From Candidatus Poribacteria bacterium (lineage in GTDB: Bacteria > Poribacteria > WGA-4E > PCPOR2b), in contig OZ240245.1 of NCBI GenBank assembly GCA_965198175.1, forward strand, positions 3,008,001-3,072,000: a stretch of DNA of 64,000 nt, given 5' to 3'. Shown here in pieces: positions 40,501 through 50,046 of this stretch (position 1 is the stretch's first letter; each line of letters starts with the position of its first letter). The notes under the pieces were generated by a model, which saw only the letters and a list, made by a program, of their open reading frames with translations, did no database searches and was not told the origin of the DNA. A program made the position numbers and the translations under genes.

Positions 40501-43500
40501 AGAGATTGCGTGCCGTTACGCTGGGGTAGCTCTCTGCCACACCGCGGATCAGACTCCACCCGCCATCTTCATTTTGTGCCGTCACGAGTCGGTTGACTAG
40601 CGTCCGTGCACGTGTGAGCAACCTGCGGTTATCGATTGGATTATCGCCCACCGCTTGTTGATAGCGGAGTGCGTACGCCACAGCAAGTAGGTCGCTGCCG
40701 GAATCGCTCGGAATGATGACGGGTCGAGTGATAGACCCGCTCTGGAACGGTCGGGGAAGGTCGTTCAGTGCTAGGTCATAGATAATGCGTGAAACAGTCG
40801 GTCCTATGCTGATTGTTAGCCCTTTTCGTGTGTATCGCTGATCGGACGGTAGTTCGACGTAAACGGTTGCATCGCCAGTCGCCGTGCCGCTTTGCGCATC
40901 CATAAATTCCAGACCCCATGGACGAATTGTGATTTTGCGCCGGATTCCATCACGCAATGAGCCTGCGGTTGCCGTTACCTCAACCGTGAGTTGGCTTTGA
41001 TTTGAGCTAGCGTGCAGTTTTCCCGCGGGGATGGTGAATCCGTCGAAGATGATCTCTGATGTGTCATGCGCTGATATTGTAATTTGTTTGTGATCTCCGT
41101 ATGCAGGCTGCGATTCGTCAACTGAGAGCGAGAGTTTAACTTCGGCATCGCCTTCGTAATCGGATAGGTTGTGAAGCCGGACGCCTACCCGGAGTGCATC
41201 TCCTTCTGTGACACTCGAGGGAGTTTGTACATCAATGAAGAATTCTTGTTGCGTAATTGCGTTCACCGTGACTTGTCCAACAAGCGTGTCAACGGTGGAA
41301 CCACGTCCCGTCAGCCGCCATTTGGCAGTTTTCTCCGGCATCGGGATGGTCACGGTTGCTAAGCCAGAATCGTCTGTGATGACGCTGCCAATCCAATGAC
41401 CGGCATAGTCAGATTCTTCTCGAACCTGCGGTTTATCAAGTGAACGCATCGCACTGGTGCGTAATCGGCGCATTACCGGTTGACCAACAGATGGGCGCAC
41501 GTGCTTCTCTACACGTTCACTTTGTGCAATATCATCATCATCATCAGCAGCAGCAGCAGCTTCTTCAACGAGGGCCTCCCTTGCGCTTGACATATCCGCT
41601 GCTACTGTCAATCGTCGTTTTTCAACCAAAATCTCCTGAACTACGGGTCGCGTTATTGGCCTGTATAGGAAAACACAGCTTGACATGGTCCGCATTGCGG
41701 ATTCGCGTCGAAGACCTTTTTGAAAGAAGTCGTTAATGTGCATGACAGTATCTTTATAGACGGCGAACAGCGCTTCGTCCACGAGCGCGAGGGAAAACTC
41801 GGCTTTGACGGGCACCCCAAGTTGATCAGTGGCGCGGACTTGGAGTTCCGCGACTTCACCGGGCAGATAGCTGGGAAGGGGATCGTTGTTCTCGGATTCA
41901 GGATTGTTCCTCTTCCAAGAGACATCCAAGTTCAATTGACGCTGGACAGTGAAGTGTTTTTTGTTCTTACGGAGTTGACGATTGTCGATAGCTGCCACGG
42001 CAAGATAGAAATCCGGGAAATGTTCATGTCCTACCGCGACCTGCATCGTGTTCATCCCCGGTTTCAACATAACCACATCGTAGTCAATGATGGTTTCGCC
42101 TTCAAACGTGATTAGCGTGTGGACGGGCTTCAGACGCGAGTGGATGCGAACGGTTTCGGATGCGCCCACCTTCGTTTTGGTACGCTCGGTAAAAATGCGG
42201 AGTTTGATGCCATCTGCCTCATCGGAGATGGTGACGCGACTGGAGCCGACGACGGGTTGTCCGAACCGATCGACTCCATGCGCGCGCATGTAATACTCAC
42301 CACCTTTGTCTAGTGTCAACTGAATTGTGCCGGTGCCTGTCTGTGCATCTGTCTGCAGGCTGTGTTCTTGGATGATGACCTCCGTAGAACGCGATAAACC
42401 GCGGCTGATAGACCAAGGCAGCCCTGACAGCACCGGTGAAACGGAGTCGTTCGGCTTTTGTTGTACGACCCGCAGGCTAAGTTTTTTTTCGACCGGTTGA
42501 CCATCAGCGCCGTCGGTCCGAAATGTCACGTTGAAAGGTTCGCCGGAGAGAATAAGGTTTGCATCAGGTTTCACCGAAATCGAAAAACCGAGATGCGCGA
42601 GCGTCACAGCGGCTCTAACGCTGGCATTTTCTCCCGGAACTGTCCCACTGAAATGAAGTAGTTTTCCGGGTTGCATTGATTTCGTATCGAAATCGACCTT
42701 CAGTTTTCCCTGATTGTCCGCGGTTGCGGTATAGCTCCGTCCATCGGGAAGTTTGTACTGAATTTGCGCGTTCTTCACCGGCTGACCGTAGTAGTATTGT
42801 GCTGTAAAGGCGGCTTCCACCTGCTCCCCGCGGAAGTAAACGCGGCGTGGAAAATCGAGCAGCAACTGCACTTTTTCGAGTTGAAAACGCTGAACTTGAA
42901 AGGCACCCGTGAATATATAGCTTTCGATTTCCTGCTTACGATCCGGATCGTATTTTACCACGCGAATCCGGTATTCTCCGACGTGGGCAGACTCATCAAG
43001 CTCCATTTCCGTGTCGAACCCGCCAAATTGTGAGAGTTTGACCTCCTCTTGATAGATTAGTCGTCCCCGAGCATCGATGACAGAGACGTTGTAATGCGCG
43101 TCATCCGGGACGACATAGGCGCCTTCGCTGACATCACGGATAATGGCGCGGATTGAGACGGATTCACCCGGGCCGTATGCTGGACGGTCAGTGTAGATAT
43201 AGCCGCGCGGCGTTAATCCCTTGTTGAAGCCGATGCCTGAGAGGATTAACCCATCTGCGGCGGCATGTCCCTCCTTGGAGACGAATGCCGCCACCCAACT
43301 CGTTTCCTTCAGCTGGTTTTCCTGAAGCGAATAATTCGAAATGGCAGCTTCTGTCGAATGAAGCACACCGTCTTTTCCGGTGACGCCTTCGAAGATTACG
43401 CTTGAACCATTACTAACAAGGACTTTCGCGTCGGTGACCACCTCCGCCTTTACAACATCTTGCACGAAAATGAGCGCTTCACGGCGCGATGTCTTGGTGA

Positions 43501-45463
43501 TGGTTTCGATATCGCTCCGGATGAGCAGTGTCGTGGATTCCAGCGTCTCGTCACCGAGATGAACGGCGTAGACTCCTGGACCTTCAAACGGGATGTTAAT
43601 ATCACATTCGAAGCGTTTATACTTCTTATACTTTGGTACGCGGTATTCCCAGGTTGTGTCGGGTTTAATCAACGCCAGATCGAGATCTTCAACGTCTTTC
43701 AGGTCGTACATTTTGCGCCAGTAGGTTTCGAGGTTGAGCTCGTAGAGATTTATGGTGAGTGTTTCAATATTGCGAAGTGACACGTGCACTTGTGCGGGTT
43801 CATTCGTGCGGAATGTGCGCGGCGTAACAAGTTGAAGGTGTTTCTCTGTCATCTGACGAATGAGCCTATGTCCTTGTCTTGGCCACTTTCCCAGGGTTAA
43901 TCTTCGGTAGGCATCAAGCGCTTTTTCGAAATCTCCTAATTGGAGCTCGTAGGTCTGCCCGATTCGAAGGAGGGCGCTCGAGGATTCGTCCGTGTTCGGG
44001 AACTTTCTTGCAAGTTTTTCCCACTCAGCGATGGCAAGCCCATGCTCGCCTTTGTGGGAGTGAAGCTGCCCGTAGATGAACATTATCTTCCGGACACGTT
44101 CATCCAGCGGGTATTTCGCTTGGAACGCATCAAACGCCTTCACCGCTTGGTCGTATTTTTCTTCAGCGAGATACGTCATCCCAATCCGGAAGTCGGCGTC
44201 GGCAATTCCTTGCTGGGCTTCTGTCCAATGTGAGCCGTTGGGAAACTCACGAATGTACAGCGTCCACGCTTCGATTGCCTTGGTATATTTTCGCTGGTCG
44301 GCCAGAATACTCCCAATCCGAAATACGGCGGACATACGGAGGTGATGATAGTCTTGGTTCTTGAGATTTGGAATATACCGCTTCTCTTGCGTTACTTTAA
44401 AGCCTTTTTTTTCGAGAACGTCTTGGTACGCAGCGAGCGCCTCTTCACTTCGACCCCGCGTCCGATATGCTTCGGCGATTTCGTACGCTAGCGTCATTGA
44501 GCGCGAGTCTCGAAGAAACTGCGCCTGAAAACGTCTGGCAGCTTGAATACCAAGCTCCAACTCCTCGTCTGATTTAGGAGTCGGGAAGTGGTAGGTCCGC
44601 GTCAGTAGGAAGTGCGCGTCTTTGATGAGAGGCAGCAATCCATTCATTTCAACATCTACCAACTTTAACAGGTCCTCAAGCGTTAATCGTGCGAGCAGGC
44701 GCCGGTTCATAGCAATTTGGCATTCTGCGAGGTAGTATCGCGCCTGATAGCGGAGACTGCCCTGTGATTTGCTTTTTCTGGGAGGGTGTTCGGTGTCAAC
44801 GCGTTGCTGAAAATCGGGGTCGAACTGTGTAAGGTAAATTTCGTAGTCAGCAAGTGCTTGTTCGTAATTCTCGTGCAGTTGCATCATGCGACCAAGTTGG
44901 AACGCAGCTGCCTCGCGCAGGTCGCTATCAACCTCTAGTGTCAAGACTTTTTGATAGAACTCATACGCTTTTTGATAGTTCGGCGGGGGTGCGTCGAGGT
45001 CGGTATCCTTGGGTATTCGTGCGAGGGCTTCGGCAAGGTCGACATAGATTTGAGCGATTTCTGATTTACGTCTCGATGAGAGCAACCGACTGACCTCTTT
45101 ACTGTAGATTGCTTCAGCTTGCTTAAATTCCCCGAGTTTGAGATGGCATTGGGCTTGTAGGAACGCCGCTTTATTCAACCACGTGGAATCTGGATGCGCC
45201 TGCGTAAGTTGGTCGCACGCCGCAATTGCGTTCGTGTAATATTCGTTATAAAAAAGCGCAAGTCCCTTGAGATAGAGCAGGTAGTCGCGTTGATTCGCCG
45301 CCGTCGTCAATGCGGAATCGATTAGCAGCACCGCATCATTGAACTGCCTTGACTGAAGCGCGAATTGGATGGGATCGAGCGCGGCAGCTTTTGTGTCATT
45401 TTGCGAGGCGCTATCGTGTGCAAATACGAGCGCGGCGAGCACAATCAGGACGAACTTTTTCAC
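37553..45463 (-). CDS. Giant TPR + alpha-2-macroglobulin-like protein (2636 aa)
   Basis: Signal peptide, TPRs at both ends, YIYTDRPAY.PGE (MG2), SLALVDEA and QNEDGGW motifs. Confidence 0.85.
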   Translation of the reverse strand: MKKFVLIVLAALVFAHDSASQNDTKAAALDPIQFALQSRQFNDAVLLIDSALTTAANQRDYLLYLKGLALFYNEYYTNAIAACDQLTQAHPDSTWLNKAAFLQAQCHLKLGEFKQAEAIYSKEVSRLLSSRRKSEIAQIYVDLAEALARIPKDTDLDAPPPNYQKAYEFYQKVLTLEVDSDLREAAAFQLGRMMQLHENYEQALADYEIYLTQFDPDFQQRVDTEHPPRKSKSQGSLRYQARYYLAECQIAMNRRLLARLTLEDLLKLVDVEMNGLLPLIKDAHFLLTRTYHFPTPKSDEELELGIQAARRFQAQFLRDSRSMTLAYEIAEAYRTRGRSEEALAAYQDVLEKKGFKVTQEKRYIPNLKNQDYHHLRMSAVFRIGSILADQRKYTKAIEAWTLYIREFPNGSHWTEAQQGIADADFRIGMTYLAEEKYDQAVKAFDAFQAKYPLDERVRKIMFIYGQLHSHKGEHGLAIAEWEKLARKFPNTDESSSALLRIGQTYELQLGDFEKALDAYRRLTLGKWPRQGHRLIRQMTEKHLQLVTPRTFRTNEPAQVHVSLRNIETLTINLYELNLETYWRKMYDLKDVEDLDLALIKPDTTWEYRVPKYKKYKRFECDINIPFEGPGVYAVHLGDETLESTTLLIRSDIETITKTSRREALIFVQDVVKAEVVTDAKVLVSNGSSVIFEGVTGKDGVLHSTEAAISNYSLQENQLKETSWVAAFVSKEGHAAADGLILSGIGFNKGLTPRGYIYTDRPAYGPGESVSIRAIIRDVSEGAYVVPDDAHYNVSVIDARGRLIYQEEVKLSQFGGFDTEMELDESAHVGEYRIRVVKYDPDRKQEIESYIFTGAFQVQRFQLEKVQLLLDFPRRVYFRGEQVEAAFTAQYYYGQPVKNAQIQYKLPDGRSYTATADNQGKLKVDFDTKSMQPGKLLHFSGTVPGENASVRAAVTLAHLGFSISVKPDANLILSGEPFNVTFRTDGADGQPVEKKLSLRVVQQKPNDSVSPVLSGLPWSISRGLSRSTEVIIQEHSLQTDAQTGTGTIQLTLDKGGEYYMRAHGVDRFGQPVVGSSRVTISDEADGIKLRIFTERTKTKVGASETVRIHSRLKPVHTLITFEGETIIDYDVVMLKPGMNTMQVAVGHEHFPDFYLAVAAIDNRQLRKNKKHFTVQRQLNLDVSWKRNNPESENNDPLPSYLPGEVAELQVRATDQLGVPVKAEFSLALVDEALFAVYKDTVMHINDFFQKGLRRESAMRTMSSCVFLYRPITRPVVQEILVEKRRLTVAADMSSAREALVEEAAAAADDDDDIAQSERVEKHVRPSVGQPVMRRLRTSAMRSLDKPQVREESDYAGHWIGSVITDDSGLATVTIPMPEKTAKWRLTGRGSTVDTLVGQVTVNAITQQEFFIDVQTPSSVTEGDALRVGVRLHNLSDYEGDAEVKLSLSVDESQPAYGDHKQITISAHDTSEIIFDGFTIPAGKLHASSNQSQLTVEVTATAGSLRDGIRRKITIRPWGLEFMDAQSGTATGDATVYVELPSDQRYTRKGLTISIGPTVSRIIYDLALNDLPRPFQSGSITRPVIIPSDSGSDLLAVAYALRYQQAVGDNPIDNRRLLTRARTLVNRLVTAQNEDGGWSLIRGVAESYPSVTARNLWALATARDGGAAVDDQVFANAENYLKEALVQINQSDNDTRAVILHAISTIGTVDFDDANRLYRRRNQLSDTALVHAALVFVNLNRLVIAGELLDILERRSLLPEQQGNAKNSSSIAARGPVETVALALLGMQAARPNSTWVKDAVEYLIGQRRYYGYSPYAAKGAVVAALATYFQTTQYAADDYRLSLLVNGEPLETTAVQADSANRLIHVPTVQILDGRNRVEMRINGRGTYTYLVTINGFAPVIPSWVSTDSKTDESLKNVEITRRYIHPPLQYQGKPIAAQSTTEITRLEAGAKVQVAVDIVHEQSAGTPDIGEYDRYLVVDEFFPAGTIVVDGSVVGEFQRYELGDGVIRFYTRRGAPLTGYSYQLVSYAPGEFRVLPTVIRDPEHPGDMRLGPVASLSVLAPGEKSSTSYEMNSAEYYALGKAYFDDGQYDEARPMLEALPTDSPHYNAKETAQMLLWIYTTEDDYGAKNVVDAFERTRDRYPELYIPFDKIQMVSSAYRDIGEFERAMSVHRSTIESSFANDVGVSATIQDEGEFLRSLYHIEGLWREYPDTATTIPAYFAIAQSLYASVDREVKRVNDAKSETISKSENLNRTVRMLSEFLTLYPTNPLADDAAFSLANALLDVEDFRSVVQLCQMIQANHSDSNLLSSFQYVEALGLFALNDYDNAVAAAARVASGESEDRDFARYIIGQIYHAQDKPQKAIEWYSKVRKIYPDADESIAHFEAQQIAFPQVTVKRPEPNADVVLDFKLRNISSAVIEVYRINLMNLFLREKDLGRIANVHLAGIEPDFSQTVEFGDEDGFREVSGGFPLPITDEGAYLVTCRGGNLFTSGLVLITPLKIEVQEGEESGRVRVIVRDTVSGNYQSKVHVKVASSENEHLISGETDLRGIFIADGLHGKTTVIARDGMNRYAFHRSDVWLGPQSSESETTPSPRAATDYRQHLNHKNQEIQSSNLDTFDRLRRDSRTGVQLQRTF

Positions 45464-45555
45464 GGGTTTCCTCTTTCACGACTGCCGTTTGCGTGCTAAT
45501 CGCTGCAAAAGCAACACTGCATCTTGAGGTGAGCGACGTCAAATGAAAATGGGCG

Positions 45556-45617
45556 AGAAACCGAGTTTTTGTGCGAAGAAGCAATCGCACCTGTACGCAT
45601 TGGAAAACTCGGTTTCT
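45556..45617. repeat. AGAAACCGAGTTTT..AAAACTCGGTTTCT inverted-repeat element (second copy 53618..53650)
   Basis: 14-bp inverted arms in two intergenic regions. Confidence 0.75.
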
Positions 45618-45877
45618 TCCCACGTGTTGATGGTAGGGTTAGCAGACTCTTTGCAAAATTAAAAAGAAATCGCCACCAGTAGACTAACAAGACACCCGAC
45701 ATCTTCGAAATGGTAGTTTGGTAAAGAACTGGGTGAGTTGGCAAAATCAGGATTCCGGATAACCTCCTGCTGAATTGAAGGTAGAGGGCGAGGCAGGTTC
45801 ATGAATTCCAAAGTGAATTCTATGCGATTGTAATCGACTCTGAACGTCCCAGAATCCTGATTCAGACAAGTCGATTG

Positions 45878-48763
45878 TTAGAACGTCTGCGTTAAGCGCA
45901 GCATTGACAGGCGACCGATGTACGGGGCTCCGACAAATTGCTGGTGCATCTTGTTCAGGAGATTCTGTACGGTCAGCGATAGTCGCGGTTTGGGACCAAA
46001 AGGTAAATCGTAGCCTGCGCTCACATCAAACGTATAATATGATTCGACATCGCCGATATAAACTCCCGAGTTCATGGGGAATCCAGCCACATAGCGCATC
46101 GAGACGCCTCCGCCGAGACCTAAATCGGTGTTGAAGTATTGGACGTTTGCACCGAACTTATTTTTGGGCGCGTTTAGGGCGATTTTCCGAATTTCGGTCT
46201 CGAACAAGTCCTTGCTGACGAACGAATAATTTCCGGTCACACTCAGAGTGTGATTGAGATAGTACGTCAGGCTAAGATCTGCTCCGTTGAGAGAGATGTC
46301 CCCGTAGTTACGATAGGTTAGCATGACTGCGTTCGGATCGCCCGCCTGCTCGGCAGTTACCGTGCCAAAGGGGATGAACGCGGCACCGTTGTTTTCAGTG
46401 CCAGCGACGAACAGCTTTGTCAATTCATCAACGGCGGAACCGTCCCCATTGCCGCCTTGAGCGGGAGAATCAAAGGCAAGTAGCGCCTGGTTGAGCAATG
46501 CGTTTTTCGGATCGCTCAACGCCTCGGTGAGTTGTTGGGCGATTGCAGCACCTAAGGTGTTTGCGTCTAAGAAGACGTTAGGGGTTTCAACCACCAAGGG
46601 ACCGATGAAATCGTTGATTCTTGTGTGATAGACATCGGCGGAAAACGCCAGCTTGTTCATGATAATCCCTTTGTAACCCACTTCATACGTTTGTGTAATC
46701 GTGGGTGTAATCGGGTCAACGTCGTTCACGTCTTCAATAGCCTCAAATTCGGCTGTCTCCGGATTAAGGGAACGCAGGACGTTTTTTACGCCTGCTACCT
46801 GTTCCGGTATGACGCTGGCAAACCCGTTAGAGAGGTCCGCTACGAGAGTCGCTGCGAGTCCTTCTACCACTGGAGCTGGTAGAGATCCGAGTATTTGAGG
46901 AATTAGCTGTTGTAGGATTTCGGGCGGCAGTGCGGAAATTGCGCCCGGCTGTTGAAATGCTGGCGGTAGAAGCTGAGTCACTTCTGCCGGCAGCTTTGAC
47001 ACAATACCCTCAATCTGCGCAGGAGACTGGCTTTGCAGCAGTTGCGGCAGTGCTTCAGGGGTGAACGCTTGCTTCAAACCGGCTTCAAACTGCGGTTGTG
47101 CTATGTTCAGGATCGCAGACTTGCCGATTCCCCACATGACGTTGGTAAAAACGGGATCATCAAGTGGAATGTAGGCGTCCGCCGCTGAGAACGGTGAACG
47201 GAATTCCGGTCTTCCATCTCCACTCCTTTTGAAGGTAAATCCAGTTTCGCTGCTGACACCCTGTGCACGAATATCGATAGCCGGGCTGAAGCCTAATGCG
47301 GGTTGGAACGCGGCACCTATGCCAAATGCGTCGGGAATTGACACGACATCGAGGAACAGGTTCGTGGTCGACGGCGTGCTGAAGGCGCGGTTGTAGGTCA
47401 GTCGGAAATTATGGTCATCGTATGGCTGGAAGGCAAGGGCGGCACGCGGCGAAAGCACGAGGTCGTTAAGGTGGTTGTGGTCATCAACCCGTGCGGCGGC
47501 GATGAACTTTAGCTCGGGCAGAATCTTGGTTTCTGACTGCAAGTAGGCACCGACCTCGTTGATATTGTCATTGTCCTCATTGCGGCCGTTGATTGAGCCT
47601 TCGGTATCGGGGCGGGTCAGCAATAAATCTAAGCCGTAGGTAAACCGTTGATTCTCACCAAGGCTGTAACCGTGTTGGATCTGCCCAACATACAGGTCGG
47701 AGTTGTCGATGATTGGATTGCCGGACCGCAACAAATAGGTATCGCCAGCATCGCTGCGGTTCCAAAAGGCTTGTGCGAAGAGGTCTTTGTAGATGAGGCG
47801 ACCTTGGACGTAGCCGTAAGTCCAGTTTTTAGCCTGACCGGCGCCGATGCCTGTCAATTCGAGACCCGTCGTTTGCGTGAAACCACTGGCAAGAATCGTC
47901 GTCAAATCGCTGTTTGGGCGATAATCAACGCGAAAGTCGCCACCAGCTCTATAGATATCAAATTCCGGTTCCTTTTCACCGTGTAAATCAGCTTCCGCAC
48001 GCCCTTCTTCCCAATCATTTCCGCGGAAACCGCTGGCTGAAAACTTATAGCCGATGGTCTCATTGATAACGCCGGCATGTCGAAGCGATCCCAAGAGTAC
48101 ACTCCGTTCGCCGCCGCCAATGCTGACGGTCGTTCCTTCGGAAGTGAACGGAGACCGCGTGAGAATATGCATGACCCCGTTCGCGCTGTTAGGACCGTAG
48201 AGCGCCGCACCGGGACCTGAGACAACTTCAATCTGTTCAATATCCTCGTTTGAGGTCGGGATCAGGGTATATGCGTTCACACGTAAAGACGGAACGCGGG
48301 CAATGCGATTGTCCACAAGTGATAGCAGAGACCCCGAAAAGACGTTATTGAAGCCGCGGACAACAGCGTGCGACGCCCCCAATCCGGTCGTGGCAACATC
48401 TACTGCGCGCACCGATTTTAAGTGCTCGGAAACGGTTGAGGTGACACGGTCTCTAATTTGGGATGCACCCACAACGGCAACCGACGCCGGCGCTTCAAGT
48501 ACTTTTTCCCTGCGTCGGGAGGCTGTGACGGAAACTTGTTCGAGTTCAATGATTTTTGAAGATTGATCGGTTATGCCGGTCATGTCCTCGGTGTCGCCAC
48601 CGGTCTTGGATGTGTCAGCTTGGTCCGCTTCGTTGCGTTCATCGTCGGTTTGAGTATCTGTATCAGTCATGGTCTGGGTTGCCGCTTGTGCCGACACCAT
48701 TGGCGCAGCTACAGCCGCAAACAAGACTAATAGCACAAAACTTATTAGCTTGGATTGTTGCAT
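45878..48763 (-). CDS. TonB-dependent receptor
   Basis: VTASRR, IEQIEVVSGPGAALYG plug motif, NLLN and C-terminal F. Confidence 0.92.
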   Translation of the reverse strand: MQQSKLISFVLLVLFAAVAAPMVSAQAATQTMTDTDTQTDDERNEADQADTSKTGGDTEDMTGITDQSSKIIELEQVSVTASRRREKVLEAPASVAVVGASQIRDRVTSTVSEHLKSVRAVDVATTGLGASHAVVRGFNNVFSGSLLSLVDNRIARVPSLRVNAYTLIPTSNEDIEQIEVVSGPGAALYGPNSANGVMHILTRSPFTSEGTTVSIGGGERSVLLGSLRHAGVINETIGYKFSASGFRGNDWEEGRAEADLHGEKEPEFDIYRAGGDFRVDYRPNSDLTTILASGFTQTTGLELTGIGAGQAKNWTYGYVQGRLIYKDLFAQAFWNRSDAGDTYLLRSGNPIIDNSDLYVGQIQHGYSLGENQRFTYGLDLLLTRPDTEGSINGRNEDNDNINEVGAYLQSETKILPELKFIAAARVDDHNHLNDLVLSPRAALAFQPYDDHNFRLTYNRAFSTPSTTNLFLDVVSIPDAFGIGAAFQPALGFSPAIDIRAQGVSSETGFTFKRSGDGRPEFRSPFSAADAYIPLDDPVFTNVMWGIGKSAILNIAQPQFEAGLKQAFTPEALPQLLQSQSPAQIEGIVSKLPAEVTQLLPPAFQQPGAISALPPEILQQLIPQILGSLPAPVVEGLAATLVADLSNGFASVIPEQVAGVKNVLRSLNPETAEFEAIEDVNDVDPITPTITQTYEVGYKGIIMNKLAFSADVYHTRINDFIGPLVVETPNVFLDANTLGAAIAQQLTEALSDPKNALLNQALLAFDSPAQGGNGDGSAVDELTKLFVAGTENNGAAFIPFGTVTAEQAGDPNAVMLTYRNYGDISLNGADLSLTYYLNHTLSVTGNYSFVSKDLFETEIRKIALNAPKNKFGANVQYFNTDLGLGGGVSMRYVAGFPMNSGVYIGDVESYYTFDVSAGYDLPFGPKPRLSLTVQNLLNKMHQQFVGAPYIGRLSMLRLTQTF

Positions 48764-49140
48764 TATGCAATCTCCTTTGTACTAAGAAAGGTTGTTGATG
48801 GCTGCCTTAGAAAGCGGCAACTCAGAATCAGGATTTTCGAAAGATTTTTTCAATTGGAAAATCGCTTTGCCTAAAATCAGCAGCACAAATCGAGTTTCGG
48901 GGTTCGATTCCGTTGGAATCAACGGGTATTATATAATAAATCCATGAGACAGGTCAAGCAGGAATCTATTAAATGTTTTGGAGGGATTTCGCTAACTCTA
49001 AGTCCTGAAACTAGCCACAGAACTAGAGATTCAGATTGGGCAATTCCGTGATGAGTCTAGTCAATGACACTTTGCAAACATGCCCCTGTTTCGACTAATC
49101 GTCGGTTTAAATGTGGTTGTTCGGGGGCTTAGCGAAGGGT

Positions 49141-50013
49141 TCATGCAATGTTCAGTACCTCGGCTGCAACCAGCGGTTCTAATCGCCAATCGCTCAGGAT
49201 GTGCTCTGCGATGACCGTCGTCATAACTGCGCCGGTGCGTTTTGCAGCGAGATGCCAGTCTTCTTGATGACGTGCGAACGCGGCGCGATACCGCTTTTCA
49301 GCAACCGCGTCTAGGAAAATTTCCTGCACCTCGTCCGTCTCTGAATCGACGAGTCGAATGTTGCCGCGTTCGATCGGATTAACGTCCACCTCAGCCAAGA
49401 CTTGGACGAGAATGACGGTTGTGGCGCGTTCAGCTAATCGAGACAGTGCCGTCAACGGATCACTGGGCCAGAGTAGGTCACTGAGCAACACGCGCAGCCC
49501 ATAGGGGCGCCATGATGGGGGCAGCTTGAAGAATGACGTGGAGGGGTCGCCCTGATATTCAAAGTCAATCCCTTCCCAAATTGCGGGTCGGTCTGCGCCG
49601 TTACCCACCTTTCGATATCCATCACCCGCGACCCAGGCGGAGTGGGAATAACCGACATTGGATGCCGCCGTTGCAAAAACCCCTGCTAACCCGAGCGTTG
49701 CTTGTGCTTTGGGGCTATTTTCAAGCGCCATGGAGCGCGACCCATCAATGACGAGGTCTAGGTGCGGGCTGACTTCGTCCCGGTACAACTTGACGGTCAA
49801 TTTATCGCTCCGGGCGAAGCCGCTCCAATCGATTCGCCGCAGGTCGTCGCCCGGCTGGTATTCGCGGTGGTCTATAAATTCCAGCGAACTTCCCGGACGC
49901 TTCCCCATCCGATTCCCCGCGAGCCCGAAGGGAACGTTGCGCGGCGCGGTCAAAGCGTACTGCGCGCCCGCGCGTTCTCCGTCTATTAGATATTGGCGGT
50001 GGTTTGAGTTCAT
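49141..50013 (-). CDS. DUF58 domain protein (MoxR/VWA-associated)
   Basis: GSSLEF.DHREYQPGDDLRRIDW and DGSRSM. Confidence 0.9.
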   Translation of the reverse strand: MNSNHRQYLIDGERAGAQYALTAPRNVPFGLAGNRMGKRPGSSLEFIDHREYQPGDDLRRIDWSGFARSDKLTVKLYRDEVSPHLDLVIDGSRSMALENSPKAQATLGLAGVFATAASNVGYSHSAWVAGDGYRKVGNGADRPAIWEGIDFEYQGDPSTSFFKLPPSWRPYGLRVLLSDLLWPSDPLTALSRLAERATTVILVQVLAEVDVNPIERGNIRLVDSETDEVQEIFLDAVAEKRYRAAFARHQEDWHLAAKRTGAVMTTVIAEHILSDWRLEPLVAAEVLNIA

Positions 50014-50046
50014 ATCGTACTTTGTGGAAATAAGTGAGGAGTTTGG

